Shown in pieces: positions 26,696-35,640 of a stretch of DNA of 39,758 bases. The stretch spans positions 1 through 39,758 of IMG/VR virus record IMGVR_UViG_3300020723_000011; one strand, written 5' to 3'. The stretch's first letter is position 1. The number at the start of each line of letters is the position of its first letter. The notes beneath the pieces are model-generated. The model had not been told where the DNA came from and did no database searches. It saw only the letters and a list, made by a program, of their open reading frames with translations. Source of the stretch: a virus (Duplodnaviria > Caudoviricetes). Made by a program: the position numbers and the translations under genes.

Positions 26696-28484
26696 CCACG
26701 TCCCCCAAGATGCTCACGGCCTCGTTGATGTACCACTGATAGTCAATGTCGGCGGGGATGCCATCGGGCAATTCCATCAACGGCCGCGCGCCTTCCGATC
26801 GGGCGACTTTATTGCCGTTAGTCTTGTAAGCGATGTGGCGAGTCTCACCTGCGGCGTAATACCAGCGCACAGCTTTCCCCAAGTACGACTCACCATAAAT
26901 AGCCCCGTCGTTTACTTGGCGAATCGTGAGGAATTGGCGTATGTCGGTGCACCCATAGATGGTATTTTGTATCGGCACACCCAGCGACAAATAATCCAGC
27001 ACCGCTTTGACGCAAATGGCGTTGGTGACGTTTTTCGACAACCCGACCGGCGCGTATAGCCCCTTGAGTTTTTGCTCGCCGTCAGGCTTGAGCGCGATGT
27101 AGTTGTTAACGTCTTTGCTGTAGAGATGAGCATATTCCGTTTCCTCAGTGTTGAAACCTGTGGTCATCTCCCATGCCGCAACCAGCGCCTCAAACAGGTC
27201 GCGTCGGTCATCGGGCACCAGCGTGACCACGCCGTCCGTGTTGGCGCTAACCACCTCAAACCCGTTCACGTCAAAGCTCTCGATGAGCATGAGCAATGCA
27301 ATCTGACCGGTGAGTGTCACGGCAATCATTTGGTCAGGCGCGTACATCATCGAGTACATGCTGCCGAGCTTGCCGAAAGTCCCATTCAAAACAATCTTCA
27401 AAGCCTCGTTGATGACCTTGTTGCCCTCGCGCTTGGCGGCCACACGGCGCTCCAGCAGCGAGCGATAGACCGCCTGAAACGAGTTGCCGTAGCTGGGTGG
27501 GCAGATACCGGCGTTGATGATGAGGGAGGGGTAGTAGCTGGTCACGTCACGGTCCACGATGCGCAGGCCGGGGCGTGCGTGGTGCACGGTGCATTTCTCA
27601 TTGCTGTGGAGGCCGCCGATACCCATCTTGTAGACGCCGCGCCCAATGCGGATGCGCAACGAGTCGAGCGCCGGGGGCATCTCCACGCTGCCCACCGCAT
27701 TGTCTTTGGTGGCGAAGCGGCGCAACTTGAATGTCTGCTGGCCGATGATGGCGAGCATTTGCTGCATCCCCGGCGTCTGGAATGAGGCCCATGCTGGCGC
27801 GTGATAAGTGAACTCATAGGTTAAGTCCACATCCTGCCGGTAGACCCGTTGCGCGAGCCTACGCTCCACCTCGGAGCGGATGACTGCCTCGGCAATCTGC
27901 GCATCGGACTTGGAGCGTAGGTCGATGCCAAACTCTTTGCCCATCTCCTCGCGCAAATCAATCTGAGGCTTCAATCGTTTGTAGAGGTCGATGGTGGTAA
28001 CAAGATCGTTTCCACAGTAAAGCCGCAGGACTGGCACGTCAGCTTGTGATATGACGGCGCTAGGTTCGATTGGTAAATCTTGTAGGCGTCGTGAGTGCAG
28101 ACGACCTCCATAGATTTTAAGTCCCGCAGTGCCGGGAGCAACTTCAATAAGGTCGATATGGTCGAGCGCAAGACGTTCAAATCCGAACTCTCTTTCCATA
28201 TCCCAAAGCTTGAGGTTGCGCAGGATGATGGTATCGCTGGCGAGTTTGAGGGTAGCATTTGTTGCTCCTTTGATGGCGATAGCGAGCATCACCATGTCGT
28301 AGTTGTTGCCGTTGAAAGTGATGTGCGTACCTGGCGGCAACGGGTTGCTCTCAGTCACCACATCGTTGAATAGTTCGTACACCACAATAATCTCGCCCGA
28401 GTACACGTTGCGCACCAGCACGAGAAAATAGTTGACGTAGCACTCAATGTCGAGCACCCAAATTGGTGGTGGTGGGACGATCAT
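26688..28484 (-). CDS. Family B DNA polymerase with 3'-5' exonuclease
   Basis: ExoI DIECY, ExoII FNGNNYD, ExoIII YCGND; [24 protein letters not shown]. Start probably ATG 28484 (ATGA overlap). Confidence 0.92.
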   Translation of the reverse strand: MIVPPPPIWVLDIECYVNYFLVLVRNVYSGEIIVVYELFNDVVTESNPLPPGTHITFNGNNYDMVMLAIAIKGATNATLKLASDTIILRNLKLWDMEREFGFERLALDHIDLIEVAPGTAGLKIYGGRLHSRRLQDLPIEPSAVISQADVPVLRLYCGNDLVTTIDLYKRLKPQIDLREEMGKEFGIDLRSKSDAQIAEAVIRSEVERRLAQRVYRQDVDLTYEFTYHAPAWASFQTPGMQQMLAIIGQQTFKLRRFATKDNAVGSVEMPPALDSLRIRIGRGVYKMGIGGLHSNEKCTVHHARPGLRIVDRDVTSYYPSLIINAGICPPSYGNSFQAVYRSLLERRVAAKREGNKVINEALKIVLNGTFGKLGSMYSMMYAPDQMIAVTLTGQIALLMLIESFDVNGFEVVSANTDGVVTLVPDDRRDLFEALVAAWEMTTGFNTEETEYAHLYSKDVNNYIALKPDGEQKLKGLYAPVGLSKNVTNAICVKAVLDYLSLGVPIQNTIYGCTDIRQFLTIRQVNDGAIYGESYLGKAVRWYYAAGETRHIAYKTNGNKVARSEGARPLMELPDGIPADIDYQWYINEAVSILGDVGG

Positions 28485-29113
28485 TCTGCTGGCGTCCAAA
28501 GCGAGATATGCGCCTCAAACATAAGAACCGCCATCGCGTACTCTTTGCCGTGGTCCGAGTCACCGTGGGTACGCTCGCACGCCACGACAAACTCGTCAAG
28601 CGTGCCAGTGAAGCAACCGGCTTTTACCATCGGCCCTTTATCGGTCAACCACAGGGTTACGTTTGCGCAACGAGAACCTATTGGACCAATCGCAAAATAT
28701 GGGCGCTTGCCGATGAGCACTTTATCAGAATCGAACTTCGCACGGGACAGGTTCGCACTGGACAGGTTCGCACTGGACAGGTTCGCACTGGACAGGTTCG
28801 CACCGTACAGGTCCGCACCGTACAGGTCCGCACCGGACAGGTTCGCACCGTACAGGTTCGCACCGTACAGGTTCGCACCGGACAGGTCCGCACCGGACAG
28901 GTCCGCACCGGACAGGTTCGCACGGGACAGGTCCGCACTGGACAGGTTCGCACCGTACAGGTTCGCACCGGACAGGTCCGCACCGGACAGGTCCGCACTG
29001 GACAGGTTCGCACGGGAAGCGGTGGCCTTTTCCAGAGTTTGCCGTGTGGTCAACCCCGATTCACCTTCATAAATTACGGCATTGGTGAAGCGATTTTTGA
29101 ATACGTGTGTCAT
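28481..29113 (-). CDS. Pentapeptide repeat protein
   Basis: About 18 A[DN]L[SY][GSR] repeats with non-repeat N- and C-caps; AAGGA SD. Confidence 0.95.
   Translation of the reverse strand: MTHVFKNRFTNAVIYEGESGLTTRQTLEKATASRANLSSADLSGADLSGANLYGANLSSADLSRANLSGADLSGADLSGANLYGANLYGANLSGADLYGADLYGANLSSANLSSANLSSANLSRAKFDSDKVLIGKRPYFAIGPIGSRCANVTLWLTDKGPMVKAGCFTGTLDEFVVACERTHGDSDHGKEYAMAVLMFEAHISLWTPAE
28737..29016. repeat. 15-bp coding tandem repeat (CGCAC[CTG]G[GT]ACAGGT[TC])n
   Basis: Read directly; encodes the pentapeptide array. Confidence 0.95.
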
Positions 29114-29193
29114 TGGTTTTCCTTATTTGCACTTAAATACTTTTCGCACCATTTGTCAAAGGTTCGCCAAGCTCGTTTGATTGCGTTGAGCAT
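29110..29193 (-). CDS. 27-aa peptide ([27 protein letters not shown])
   Basis: GGAG SD; ATGA coupling to the pentapeptide gene. Confidence 0.5.
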   Translation of the reverse strand: MLNAIKRAWRTFDKWCEKYLSANKENQ

Positions 29194-29360
29194 GATGCTC
29201 GCTCCAATAGTTTTGCGCGGTAATGATGCGCTTTGTATCTCCACTCGTCACGCTGGGAGAGTGCCCGTTTGAGTTTGCGGTTGAGCTACAGCGTGAGATG
29301 GCGCTACTCAACCGCAATTGCGTCGTTAATGGCCGTGGTAAGCCGGTCGCTCAGTGCCAC
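29133..29360 (-). pseudogene. 76-codon frame interrupted by two TAG codons
   Basis: VALSDRLTTAINDAIAVE*RHLTL*LNRKLKRALSQRDEWRYKAHHYRAKLLERA...; the GTG overlaps the upstream gene end; fills an otherwise empty operon gap. Confidence 0.4.
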
Positions 29361-29506
29361 AAGCAAATTACCATTAGAGCGATTGCTGCGACCGCGTACA
29401 GCCACGCAAATACCCCGTGTGACCGAGGGCGGGGCTCCACAAACTCGTGGCTCGTGTAAGGCCCGAAGGCCTCATTGAGTGTGCGGGGGTATCTGCGGGT
29501 GTTCAT
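29351..29506 (-). CDS. Small membrane protein, 51 aa (MNTRRYPRTLNEAFGPY...FAWLYAVAAIALMVICLWH)
   Basis: ATG 4 nt after the SSB-like stop; C-terminal TM helix. Confidence 0.7.
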   Translation of the reverse strand: MNTRRYPRTLNEAFGPYTSHEFVEPRPRSHGVFAWLYAVAAIALMVICLWH

Positions 29507-29510
29507 GGTC

Positions 29511-30440
29511 TTACACCATCATCCCGTGCTGCACCAACAGCGTGTCATTCCAGCCTGCGGCAATCATTTGCTCATAGGTGGCACCACCGGCCTTGGCGGT
29601 CATCTGCTTGGGTGCTGGTGCTGGGGGAGCGAGGGGCACGGGTGGCATGGCCGGGGCAGGTGGCACAGCGAGGAATGCCGGGTTGGGGGCTGGTGCGGCC
29701 ATTGCCGGTGCAGGAGGGGCATAGGCTGCGGCAGGCACGGGCGGCTGGTACGCGGCTGCTGGCGCTGGGGGCTGGTAGGCCTGCGGTGCAGCGGCGGCCG
29801 GGGCCACAGGGTTAAATCCGCCGACCGGTGCGGCCATCGCTCCAGCAGGCAGCGGTGCGGTACCGAAGCCCACAGAGGATGCGTCGGGGCCGACCACAAT
29901 CTCGGGGCCGTAGGCGCTAAGTGCGACCATGCTGTGGTTGATAAAGACGCCGGGTTGCTGGCTGGAGCCGTTGCCGTCAACGTCACCGTTCACCTGCACG
30001 TAGTAGCCGAGCTTGACTGCATCGGGCTCAACAATTTGGGCAGTGCCATCCTTGTTGTAAATCTTGGGGGCAAAGCCACTGGTGAAGCTGACCACCCAAT
30101 TGCCACGGTAGCCCTCGCGGTCGCACGGTTTTTTGCCGGTGCGGTTGGGCTCTTGCGAGTCGCCGTCCACAACTTTCCATGCGAATGCACGGCCCTGAGC
30201 CTGCTGGGGGAATGCGGCGTGCCCAACGGCCCAAATCTTGGAGCCCCATTCGGTCTGCGACCAGTGTTGCTCTGTGCCCTTGGGGATGCCCACGGCAAAG
30301 AAGTATTGCACCTTAGGCTGGCCGATGTTGGGGCCGGACTTGTTGACCAGAGGCTTGCCCTCGGCATCGGTGGTTTGGGCCTTGTAAAGCGAGCCCATGA
30401 GCAAGCGGCCAACGGGCGTCGTAAAATTGGTTCTAGCCAT
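29511..30440 (-). CDS. Putative single-stranded DNA-binding protein with Pro/Ala linker
   Basis: TPVGRL, WKVVDGD, YYVQV...PGVFIN pattern of phage OB-fold SSBs; between the nuclease and the polymerase. Confidence 0.7.
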   Translation of the reverse strand: MARTNFTTPVGRLLMGSLYKAQTTDAEGKPLVNKSGPNIGQPKVQYFFAVGIPKGTEQHWSQTEWGSKIWAVGHAAFPQQAQGRAFAWKVVDGDSQEPNRTGKKPCDREGYRGNWVVSFTSGFAPKIYNKDGTAQIVEPDAVKLGYYVQVNGDVDGNGSSQQPGVFINHSMVALSAYGPEIVVGPDASSVGFGTAPLPAGAMAAPVGGFNPVAPAAAAPQAYQPPAPAAAYQPPVPAAAYAPPAPAMAAPAPNPAFLAVPPAPAMPPVPLAPPAPAPKQMTAKAGGATYEQMIAAGWNDTLLVQHGMMV

Positions 30441-30455
30441 GATAATTCCTTGGAG

Positions 30456-30773
30456 TTAACGGGTGAGGGAGTCGAGGTCGCGTTGCGCTTGATTCATTTC
30501 AGCGCGAGCAACGTCATAGGCGATTTGACCTTGGAGGCGCGCATCGCGGTCATTGGGTATGCAGGTTGTACCCAGCGCATTGAAGCGCTCACGGGCAATG
30601 AACAGCGCTGTGGATGCCGCCACAATGCGGTCGCGCTTGGGAGGAACGAGGCCACTGCGGCGCTCGACCTGATTGGCCTCGCAAGCCTGCTTTATGGCCT
30701 GTTCTTTGGCTGGAGATACGCCCCCGATTGGGCCGCCTGCATCGCCTGAATAGGCTGCTGTAAATTGGTTCAT
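30456..30773 (-). CDS. Hypothetical protein, 105 aa
   Basis: AAGGA SD; ATGA overlap. Confidence 0.7.
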   Translation of the reverse strand: MNQFTAAYSGDAGGPIGGVSPAKEQAIKQACEANQVERRSGLVPPKRDRIVAASTALFIARERFNALGTTCIPNDRDARLQGQIAYDVARAEMNQAQRDLDSLTR

Positions 30774-31885
30774 TTTGCTGGTCCTTGAAATACTTTACGG
30801 GCCTGTGCGCCGTTGTCGCGCACGAGTTTTACCTCCCCGAGGGGGACGGTCGAATAGCTATCAACAACTGCGGCAGGTATACCCGCCTTGATAGCTTGTG
30901 TCGGGGTGATGGCGTCAGGCTTGCTAACGTCCACGCCCATCATCTGGCCGAGGGCCACAATCTCCTCCAGAGGCTTGTCCCATTTCTTGCGGCCAGTGCC
31001 TTGTTTGGTCATCCATCCGGTCACCGGCACGCCGCGCTTGATGTTGCCCAGCACCTCGTTTTCCAAGCCGTCGATGCGCGCCTTGAGCAATTCGGCCGCC
31101 TTCTGCATCAACGCCAACTCACGACCAACTGCCTCCACTGGCATGTCGAACGGGATGGCTTTGCCCGAGGCCTCAACCGCCAGGTATCCAGCCGCTTGGA
31201 GCGTTGGGCAGGCGTGGCGCGCGCGGCAGTCGCGGCATTCCGAATTGGTCTTGCACGGGGGGTTGGGGGCCAGTGCAATCTTGCCGGACTCGGCCAGCAC
31301 GGTACGGTAGCTCCACAGGTCATCGGACATGACCACCCACTCTCGGATGGGACCGTCAGGGTGGTAGCTGCGCGGCTGGACGATGCGCAGGTGGCACTCG
31401 ATGCCCTCGGGTATCTTGCCGCTCAAATCATTGCACAGGCTCAGGATGGTGTAGTTGATGAGTTGGAGGTTTTCAAACACGTCAACGTAGCGGTGCCCAA
31501 ACTTGTAATCCCAAGCGTAAAACTTGTTGTGCGGAATGGCATTCACAGTGCAGTCCGGCGTGCCCCAATTGTTGGGGTCGAACAGCATCCGATTGGTCTT
31601 GTCGAGGCGGTACTCGATGTTGGGACGAACGCCGGGGCCGGAAGCCTTGACGACAGTTTCAATGTCCTCGCAGTACATCTCGGCACCCTCAACCATCTCA
31701 TCGGTCGCGCCGTCCGGCAGGGGCTTACCGGCAAGCATGGTGTGGCAGACAAGGTGGGCCATATCGCCCTCGGCCGCTTTTTCTTTGTCGGCATCGTTCT
31801 CGGGGAACATCGCCTCCAGCGTCACCGAGCCGGGGCATGGTACCCAGCGTGACGCACTCGATGGGGGTAGGAGTGCGTGTTCCAT
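30770..31885 (-). CDS. Cas4-like PD-(D/E)XK exonuclease (DUF2800-like)
   Basis: HALLPPSSASRWVPCPGS, WGTPD, WDYKFG, QLINY, IVQPR, C-terminal C..C.ARHACP cluster. Confidence 0.88.
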   Translation of the reverse strand: MEHALLPPSSASRWVPCPGSVTLEAMFPENDADKEKAAEGDMAHLVCHTMLAGKPLPDGATDEMVEGAEMYCEDIETVVKASGPGVRPNIEYRLDKTNRMLFDPNNWGTPDCTVNAIPHNKFYAWDYKFGHRYVDVFENLQLINYTILSLCNDLSGKIPEGIECHLRIVQPRSYHPDGPIREWVVMSDDLWSYRTVLAESGKIALAPNPPCKTNSECRDCRARHACPTLQAAGYLAVEASGKAIPFDMPVEAVGRELALMQKAAELLKARIDGLENEVLGNIKRGVPVTGWMTKQGTGRKKWDKPLEEIVALGQMMGVDVSKPDAITPTQAIKAGIPAAVVDSYSTVPLGEVKLVRDNGAQARKVFQGPAK

Positions 31886-32754
31886 TACAGTGCAATCCCG
31901 AGGATGGTTGCGACTTGGGCCACGAGGTCTGGGCGTGATGCGAGCATCGGCAGGGACGGCAGGCCAACGGCTTGGCAGGCGGCTTGGATAGTCGGCTGGT
32001 CAAGGGTCTTGGCTGTGAACGCCTGCGTGATCTTTTGCATCAACATGGGGAAGGTGACGGGGCTAGTAGGGGATGCAGTCGTCACAGCACCAGCCGGGGC
32101 AGTAGGTGGGGGCGGTGTAATGACGGCCGGGGCCGCAATAGGCTCCGCATTGGGCACAAAAGGGGGCGGCACCGGCACTGCTGCGGCAGGGGGTGGCGGA
32201 ACCACGGCGGCAATGAAGGCTGACTCAGGAGTGGCCGGAACAGTGGGGGTCGCCGCAGTCACCGGCACAGTGGTAGTCGGTGCAGGAGTAGGCAAGCCCA
32301 TCGTCGTGCGCAACTCGCCCTCCACCTGCGCCAGCACGTTTGGGTCGAGGTTGCGCTTTTGACGCCATGAGCCATCGGCTACCTTGGCGCGGCTACCACT
32401 GTGAATGCGGTTGTCCCACGGCATGCCGTTGGCGTCAACCTCGATGCCGGGGGCTTGTGGCGGGGGAGGTGGCGCGACCGGCGCGGCGGCCACAGGGGCT
32501 GGCGCTGGAGGCGTAGGCACGGGCATTGCAAAGACGTTGGACGCCTTGGGCTCGGCATCCTGCACCGGCAGGCCATTGTCGGCAGGCAAGTCCTCGGGCC
32601 ACACATGCTGTGCTGGCGCGGCGGCCACGGGGGCTGGTGCTGGAGTGGTTGCCTCAACTCTGTAGCCAGCGAACTCCAGCATAAATTTGGCTGCCTTGAT
32701 GAGCGCACTTCGCTCAGTATTTTCGAGGTCAGTGACCTCAATCCGGATTCCCAT
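31885..32754 (-). CDS. Pro/Ala-rich replication-module protein with central DANGMPWDNRIHS domain
   Basis: AAGGAG SD; first gene of the leftward arm. Confidence 0.8.
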   Translation of the reverse strand: MGIRIEVTDLENTERSALIKAAKFMLEFAGYRVEATTPAPAPVAAAPAQHVWPEDLPADNGLPVQDAEPKASNVFAMPVPTPPAPAPVAAAPVAPPPPPQAPGIEVDANGMPWDNRIHSGSRAKVADGSWRQKRNLDPNVLAQVEGELRTTMGLPTPAPTTTVPVTAATPTVPATPESAFIAAVVPPPPAAAVPVPPPFVPNAEPIAAPAVITPPPPTAPAGAVTTASPTSPVTFPMLMQKITQAFTAKTLDQPTIQAACQAVGLPSLPMLASRPDLVAQVATILGIAL

Positions 32755-32783
32755 AATTACTCCTTCGGGGTTGATAAATTTGC

Positions 32784-32825
32784 TTGACGCGGTTGAATTC
32801 TAGGACATAATGACGGCCTTGTCAC
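32784..32825. promoter_or_regulatory. Overlapping divergent sigma70-like promoters
   Basis: Plus strand: TTGACG(32784)-N16-CATAAT(32806). Minus strand: GTGACA(32825-32820)-N17-TAGAAT(32802-32797). Confidence 0.65.
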
Positions 32826-32851
32826 CAATTATTTTTACTGAGGTACAGATC

Positions 32852-33091
32852 ATGGACATTGAGGACTGGTTCATACCCGGCATCGTCTTGCTGGTCATAG
32901 CGCTGACGGTCTGCGCAATCATCGACCACAACAATTGGGCCGAATTTAAGGCGAGCCACGATTGCAAGGTTGTGGCGCACGTCAGTAGCTCATGGGTGAC
33001 AGTCGTTGGCACCGATGGAAAAGTTGGGATTGGTAGCACGGGGGAAAAGACGGGCTACCTGTGCAATGACGGCGTTACCTACTACCGCTAA
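32852..33091 (+). CDS. Small protein with N-terminal TM helix, 79 aa
   Basis: GAGGT SD before ATG 32852; hydrophobic N-terminus; two-Cys C-terminal domain. Confidence 0.75.
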   Translation: MDIEDWFIPGIVLLVIALTVCAIIDHNNWAEFKASHDCKVVAHVSSSWVTVVGTDGKVGIGSTGEKTGYLCNDGVTYYR

Positions 33092-34672
33092 ATGATCGCA
33101 CTCTACGACTACCAGCAGCAAGTCCGCGACCAAGTTTATGTAGCTTGGCAGTTGGGTATGCGCGACGTGATGGCCGTGCTGCCCACCGGGGGCGGCAAGA
33201 CGGTGGTTTTCTCTGACGTGATCGCAAACAACGTAGGTCCGTCAGTTGCCATCGCCCACCGGCAAGAGCTTGTGAGCCAGATTAGCATGGCGCTCGCTCG
33301 CAACGGTTTGCGCCATCGCATCATCGGCCCCGCATCCGTGGCGCGCATCTGCACCACCGCGCACCTGGCGGAATTGAAGCGCAATTACATCGACCCCATG
33401 AGCAAGGTTGCAGTGGCCGGTGTGGATACCCTCATCCGGCACAACCAGAATGACCCGTGGCTCCAGCAAGTCACCCTCGTTGTCACTGACGAGGGGCACC
33501 ATGTGCTGGCTGACAACAAGTGGGGCAAGGCCATAACGCTATTTCCCAACGCTCGGGGCCTCGCCGTGACGGCCACACCTGTGCGTGCTGACGGGCAGGG
33601 CCTCGGGCGGCACACCGATGGCTTGATGGATTACATGGTGGTGGGACCGACCATGCGTGAGTTGATCGCCAAGGGCAGGCTCACTGAGTACCGCATCTTT
33701 GCGCCCCCATCCGACCTCGACTTGCGCGACGTGCCGCTCAGTGCCTCGGGCGACTTTTCCCCTCCCAAGCTGGCGGCCGCCGTGCACAAGTCGCACATCG
33801 TTGGCGACGTGGTGACGCACTACCAGCGCATCGCCCCAGGCAAGCTCGGCGTGACCTTTGCTGTGGACGTTGAGGCGGCCGGTGATATTGCCAAAGCCTA
33901 CCGTGACGCCGGGGTGATGGCCGAGGTGGTGAGCGCCACAACGCCGGATGCCCTGCGCGCCAGCATCTTGCGCCGGTTCCGCAACAGGGAGGTGCTGCAA
34001 CTGGTCAACGTGGACCTCTTTGGCGAGGGCTTTGACCTCCCCGCTATCGAGGTGGTCAGCATGGCGCGGCCCACGCAAAGCTACGGCCTGTACGCTCAAC
34101 AATTTGGGCGCGCGCTGCGTCCGCTGGAAGGGAAAAAGTATGCTCTCATCATCGACCATGTTGGCAATGTGCATCGCCACGGCCTGCCTGATGCTCCTCG
34201 CTCTTGGACTCTTGATCGCCGTGAGCGTCGTAGCAAAAACGATACAGCTTCGATTATTCCTACCCGCACTTGCCCTCAGTGCACGTCTGCGTATGAGAGG
34301 GTTTACACGACTTGCCCGTACTGTGGATTTTATGCGGAGCCTGCCGGTCGCAGTGCCCCGGAGTTTGTTGATGGTGACCTGTCTGAGCTTACTTTTGATG
34401 CTCTTGAGCGGCTACGTGGCAGTATTGATAGTCCCCCGGCTTGGCATCCTGACTCCATGATTCAGGCCACGCTCAAAAAACACCACCGCGAAAAGGCCGA
34501 GGCTCAGGCCGAGCTACGCAACCGCATGGCAATGTGGGGTGGGGCGGCCACAGCGGCAGGTGACACGATACCGATGGCGCAACGCCGATTCTTCCTGAAA
34601 TATGGGGTGGACGTTGCGACCGCCCAAACCCTCAATGCGCGTGAGGCGCGCGAACTTATGGAGAGACTATGA
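33092..34672 (+). CDS. Superfamily 2 DNA helicase with C-terminal Zn finger
   Basis: LPTGGGKT, DEGHH, TATP, EGFDLP, QQFGRALR, CPQC...CPYC. Confidence 0.95.
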   Translation: MIALYDYQQQVRDQVYVAWQLGMRDVMAVLPTGGGKTVVFSDVIANNVGPSVAIAHRQELVSQISMALARNGLRHRIIGPASVARICTTAHLAELKRNYIDPMSKVAVAGVDTLIRHNQNDPWLQQVTLVVTDEGHHVLADNKWGKAITLFPNARGLAVTATPVRADGQGLGRHTDGLMDYMVVGPTMRELIAKGRLTEYRIFAPPSDLDLRDVPLSASGDFSPPKLAAAVHKSHIVGDVVTHYQRIAPGKLGVTFAVDVEAAGDIAKAYRDAGVMAEVVSATTPDALRASILRRFRNREVLQLVNVDLFGEGFDLPAIEVVSMARPTQSYGLYAQQFGRALRPLEGKKYALIIDHVGNVHRHGLPDAPRSWTLDRRERRSKNDTASIIPTRTCPQCTSAYERVYTTCPYCGFYAEPAGRSAPEFVDGDLSELTFDALERLRGSIDSPPAWHPDSMIQATLKKHHREKAEAQAELRNRMAMWGGAATAAGDTIPMAQRRFFLKYGVDVATAQTLNAREARELMERL

Positions 34673-35031
34673 ACGAGGCAAGCGTACAAAGCATGGTCCG
34701 GCTGGAGGCCGCGCGCCGGGGCTGGAGGCTGTGGCGCAACAACGTGGGTGTGCTACTCGACGCGCGAGGCGTGCCGGTGCGCTACGGGCTCGCCAACGAT
34801 TCCAAGGCTGTAAACCAAAGTGTAAAGTCCGCTGACCTGATAGGCATCCGCCCTGTGGTCATCACCCCCGAAATGGTGGGCCAAGTCATCGGACAATTTG
34901 TGAGCATTGAGTGCAAGCACGAGGGGTGGCGACCCTCGATGACTGACGAGCACGAGAGAGCGCAGGCACGGTGGGCCGAGCTTGTTTTATTGGCAGGCGG
35001 ATACGCCACTTTTTCTACTGGACAAATATGA
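34669..35031 (+). CDS. VRR-NUC-like nuclease
   Basis: NEASVQ, LWRNNVG, SADLIG, SIECK. Confidence 0.85.
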   Translation: MNEASVQSMVRLEAARRGWRLWRNNVGVLLDARGVPVRYGLANDSKAVNQSVKSADLIGIRPVVITPEMVGQVIGQFVSIECKHEGWRPSMTDEHERAQARWAELVLLAGGYATFSTGQI

Positions 35032-35351
35032 GCAAAGCAAATACGGGCCGCGCAGGACGCAAACCCATCCACGAGCGCGAGGTGCTTATGAGCGCGGCGC
35101 TGATAGTGGCAGCACGGGACGGCTACACCCGCATGAGCCGGGATGCCATCGCCATCGAGGCCAAGTGCAGCACCGGCCTGATAAGCAAATACTTTGGCAC
35201 CATGCCTGCACTGCGGCGCGCCGTGATGCGTGCGGCCGTGGCCCGTGGCAACCACACGGTGCTGGCGCAGGGGCTGGCCGCTGGTGACCCCAATGCCCAC
35301 GAGGCTGGACCAAAGGCCAAGCGTGACGCATTGGATGCGCTGCTGGCATGA
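35028..35351 (+). CDS. TetR-like HTH protein
   Basis: LMSAALIVAARDGYTRMSRDAIAIEAKCSTGLISKYFGT; start at ATG 35028. Confidence 0.8.
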   Translation: MSKANTGRAGRKPIHEREVLMSAALIVAARDGYTRMSRDAIAIEAKCSTGLISKYFGTMPALRRAVMRAAVARGNHTVLAQGLAAGDPNAHEAGPKAKRDALDALLA

Positions 35352-35638
35352 GAATCTATGTGTCTGGACCAATGACAGGTCACCCTAAACTAAACTTTCC
35401 AGCCTTTCACGCCAAAGCCAAAGAACTACGGGCGCAAGGGTTTGATGTTTGCAATCCGGCAGAGCATGACGAGGTGCCAAACCAATCGTGGGACTTCTAT
35501 TTACGCAAAGACATTCGCTTGCTAATGGACTGCCAAGCGTTGCACTTGTTGCCCGGATGGGCCAGCAGTAGGGGCGCACGTCTTGAGCACCACATCGCCC
35601 GTGAGTTGGGTATGCAAATTGACGGAGCGGAGATGTAA
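35348..35638 (+). CDS. DUF4406-like (nucleoside deoxyribosyltransferase-like fold) protein
   Basis: RIYVSGPMTG, NFPAF, NPAE, LPGWASSRGARLE. Confidence 0.85.
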   Translation: MRIYVSGPMTGHPKLNFPAFHAKAKELRAQGFDVCNPAEHDEVPNQSWDFYLRKDIRLLMDCQALHLLPGWASSRGARLEHHIARELGMQIDGAEM

Positions 35639-35640
35639 CG

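Noticed and set aside
28737-29016. Diversity-generating retroelement or other repeat-based diversification system
   Set aside because: No reverse transcriptase and no template/variable repeat pair were seen.
28463-29272. Alternative-frame repeat ORFs (VRTGQ, RTCPV, DRFAP)
   Set aside because: By-products of a stop-free 15-bp repeat; only the A[DN]Lxx frame has an SD, caps and a known family.
29133-29360. Genome-wide TAG reassignment
   Set aside because: Several clear genes end in TAG right before the next gene, and no suppressor tRNA was seen.
29475-31852. 424-aa and 355-aa plus-strand ORFs
   Set aside because: Antisense to the well-supported SSB-like and nuclease genes.
30770-31885. Cas4-like gene as evidence of a CRISPR-Cas system
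   Set aside because: No array or other cas genes; this nuclease is a routine member of phage SSB/polymerase modules.
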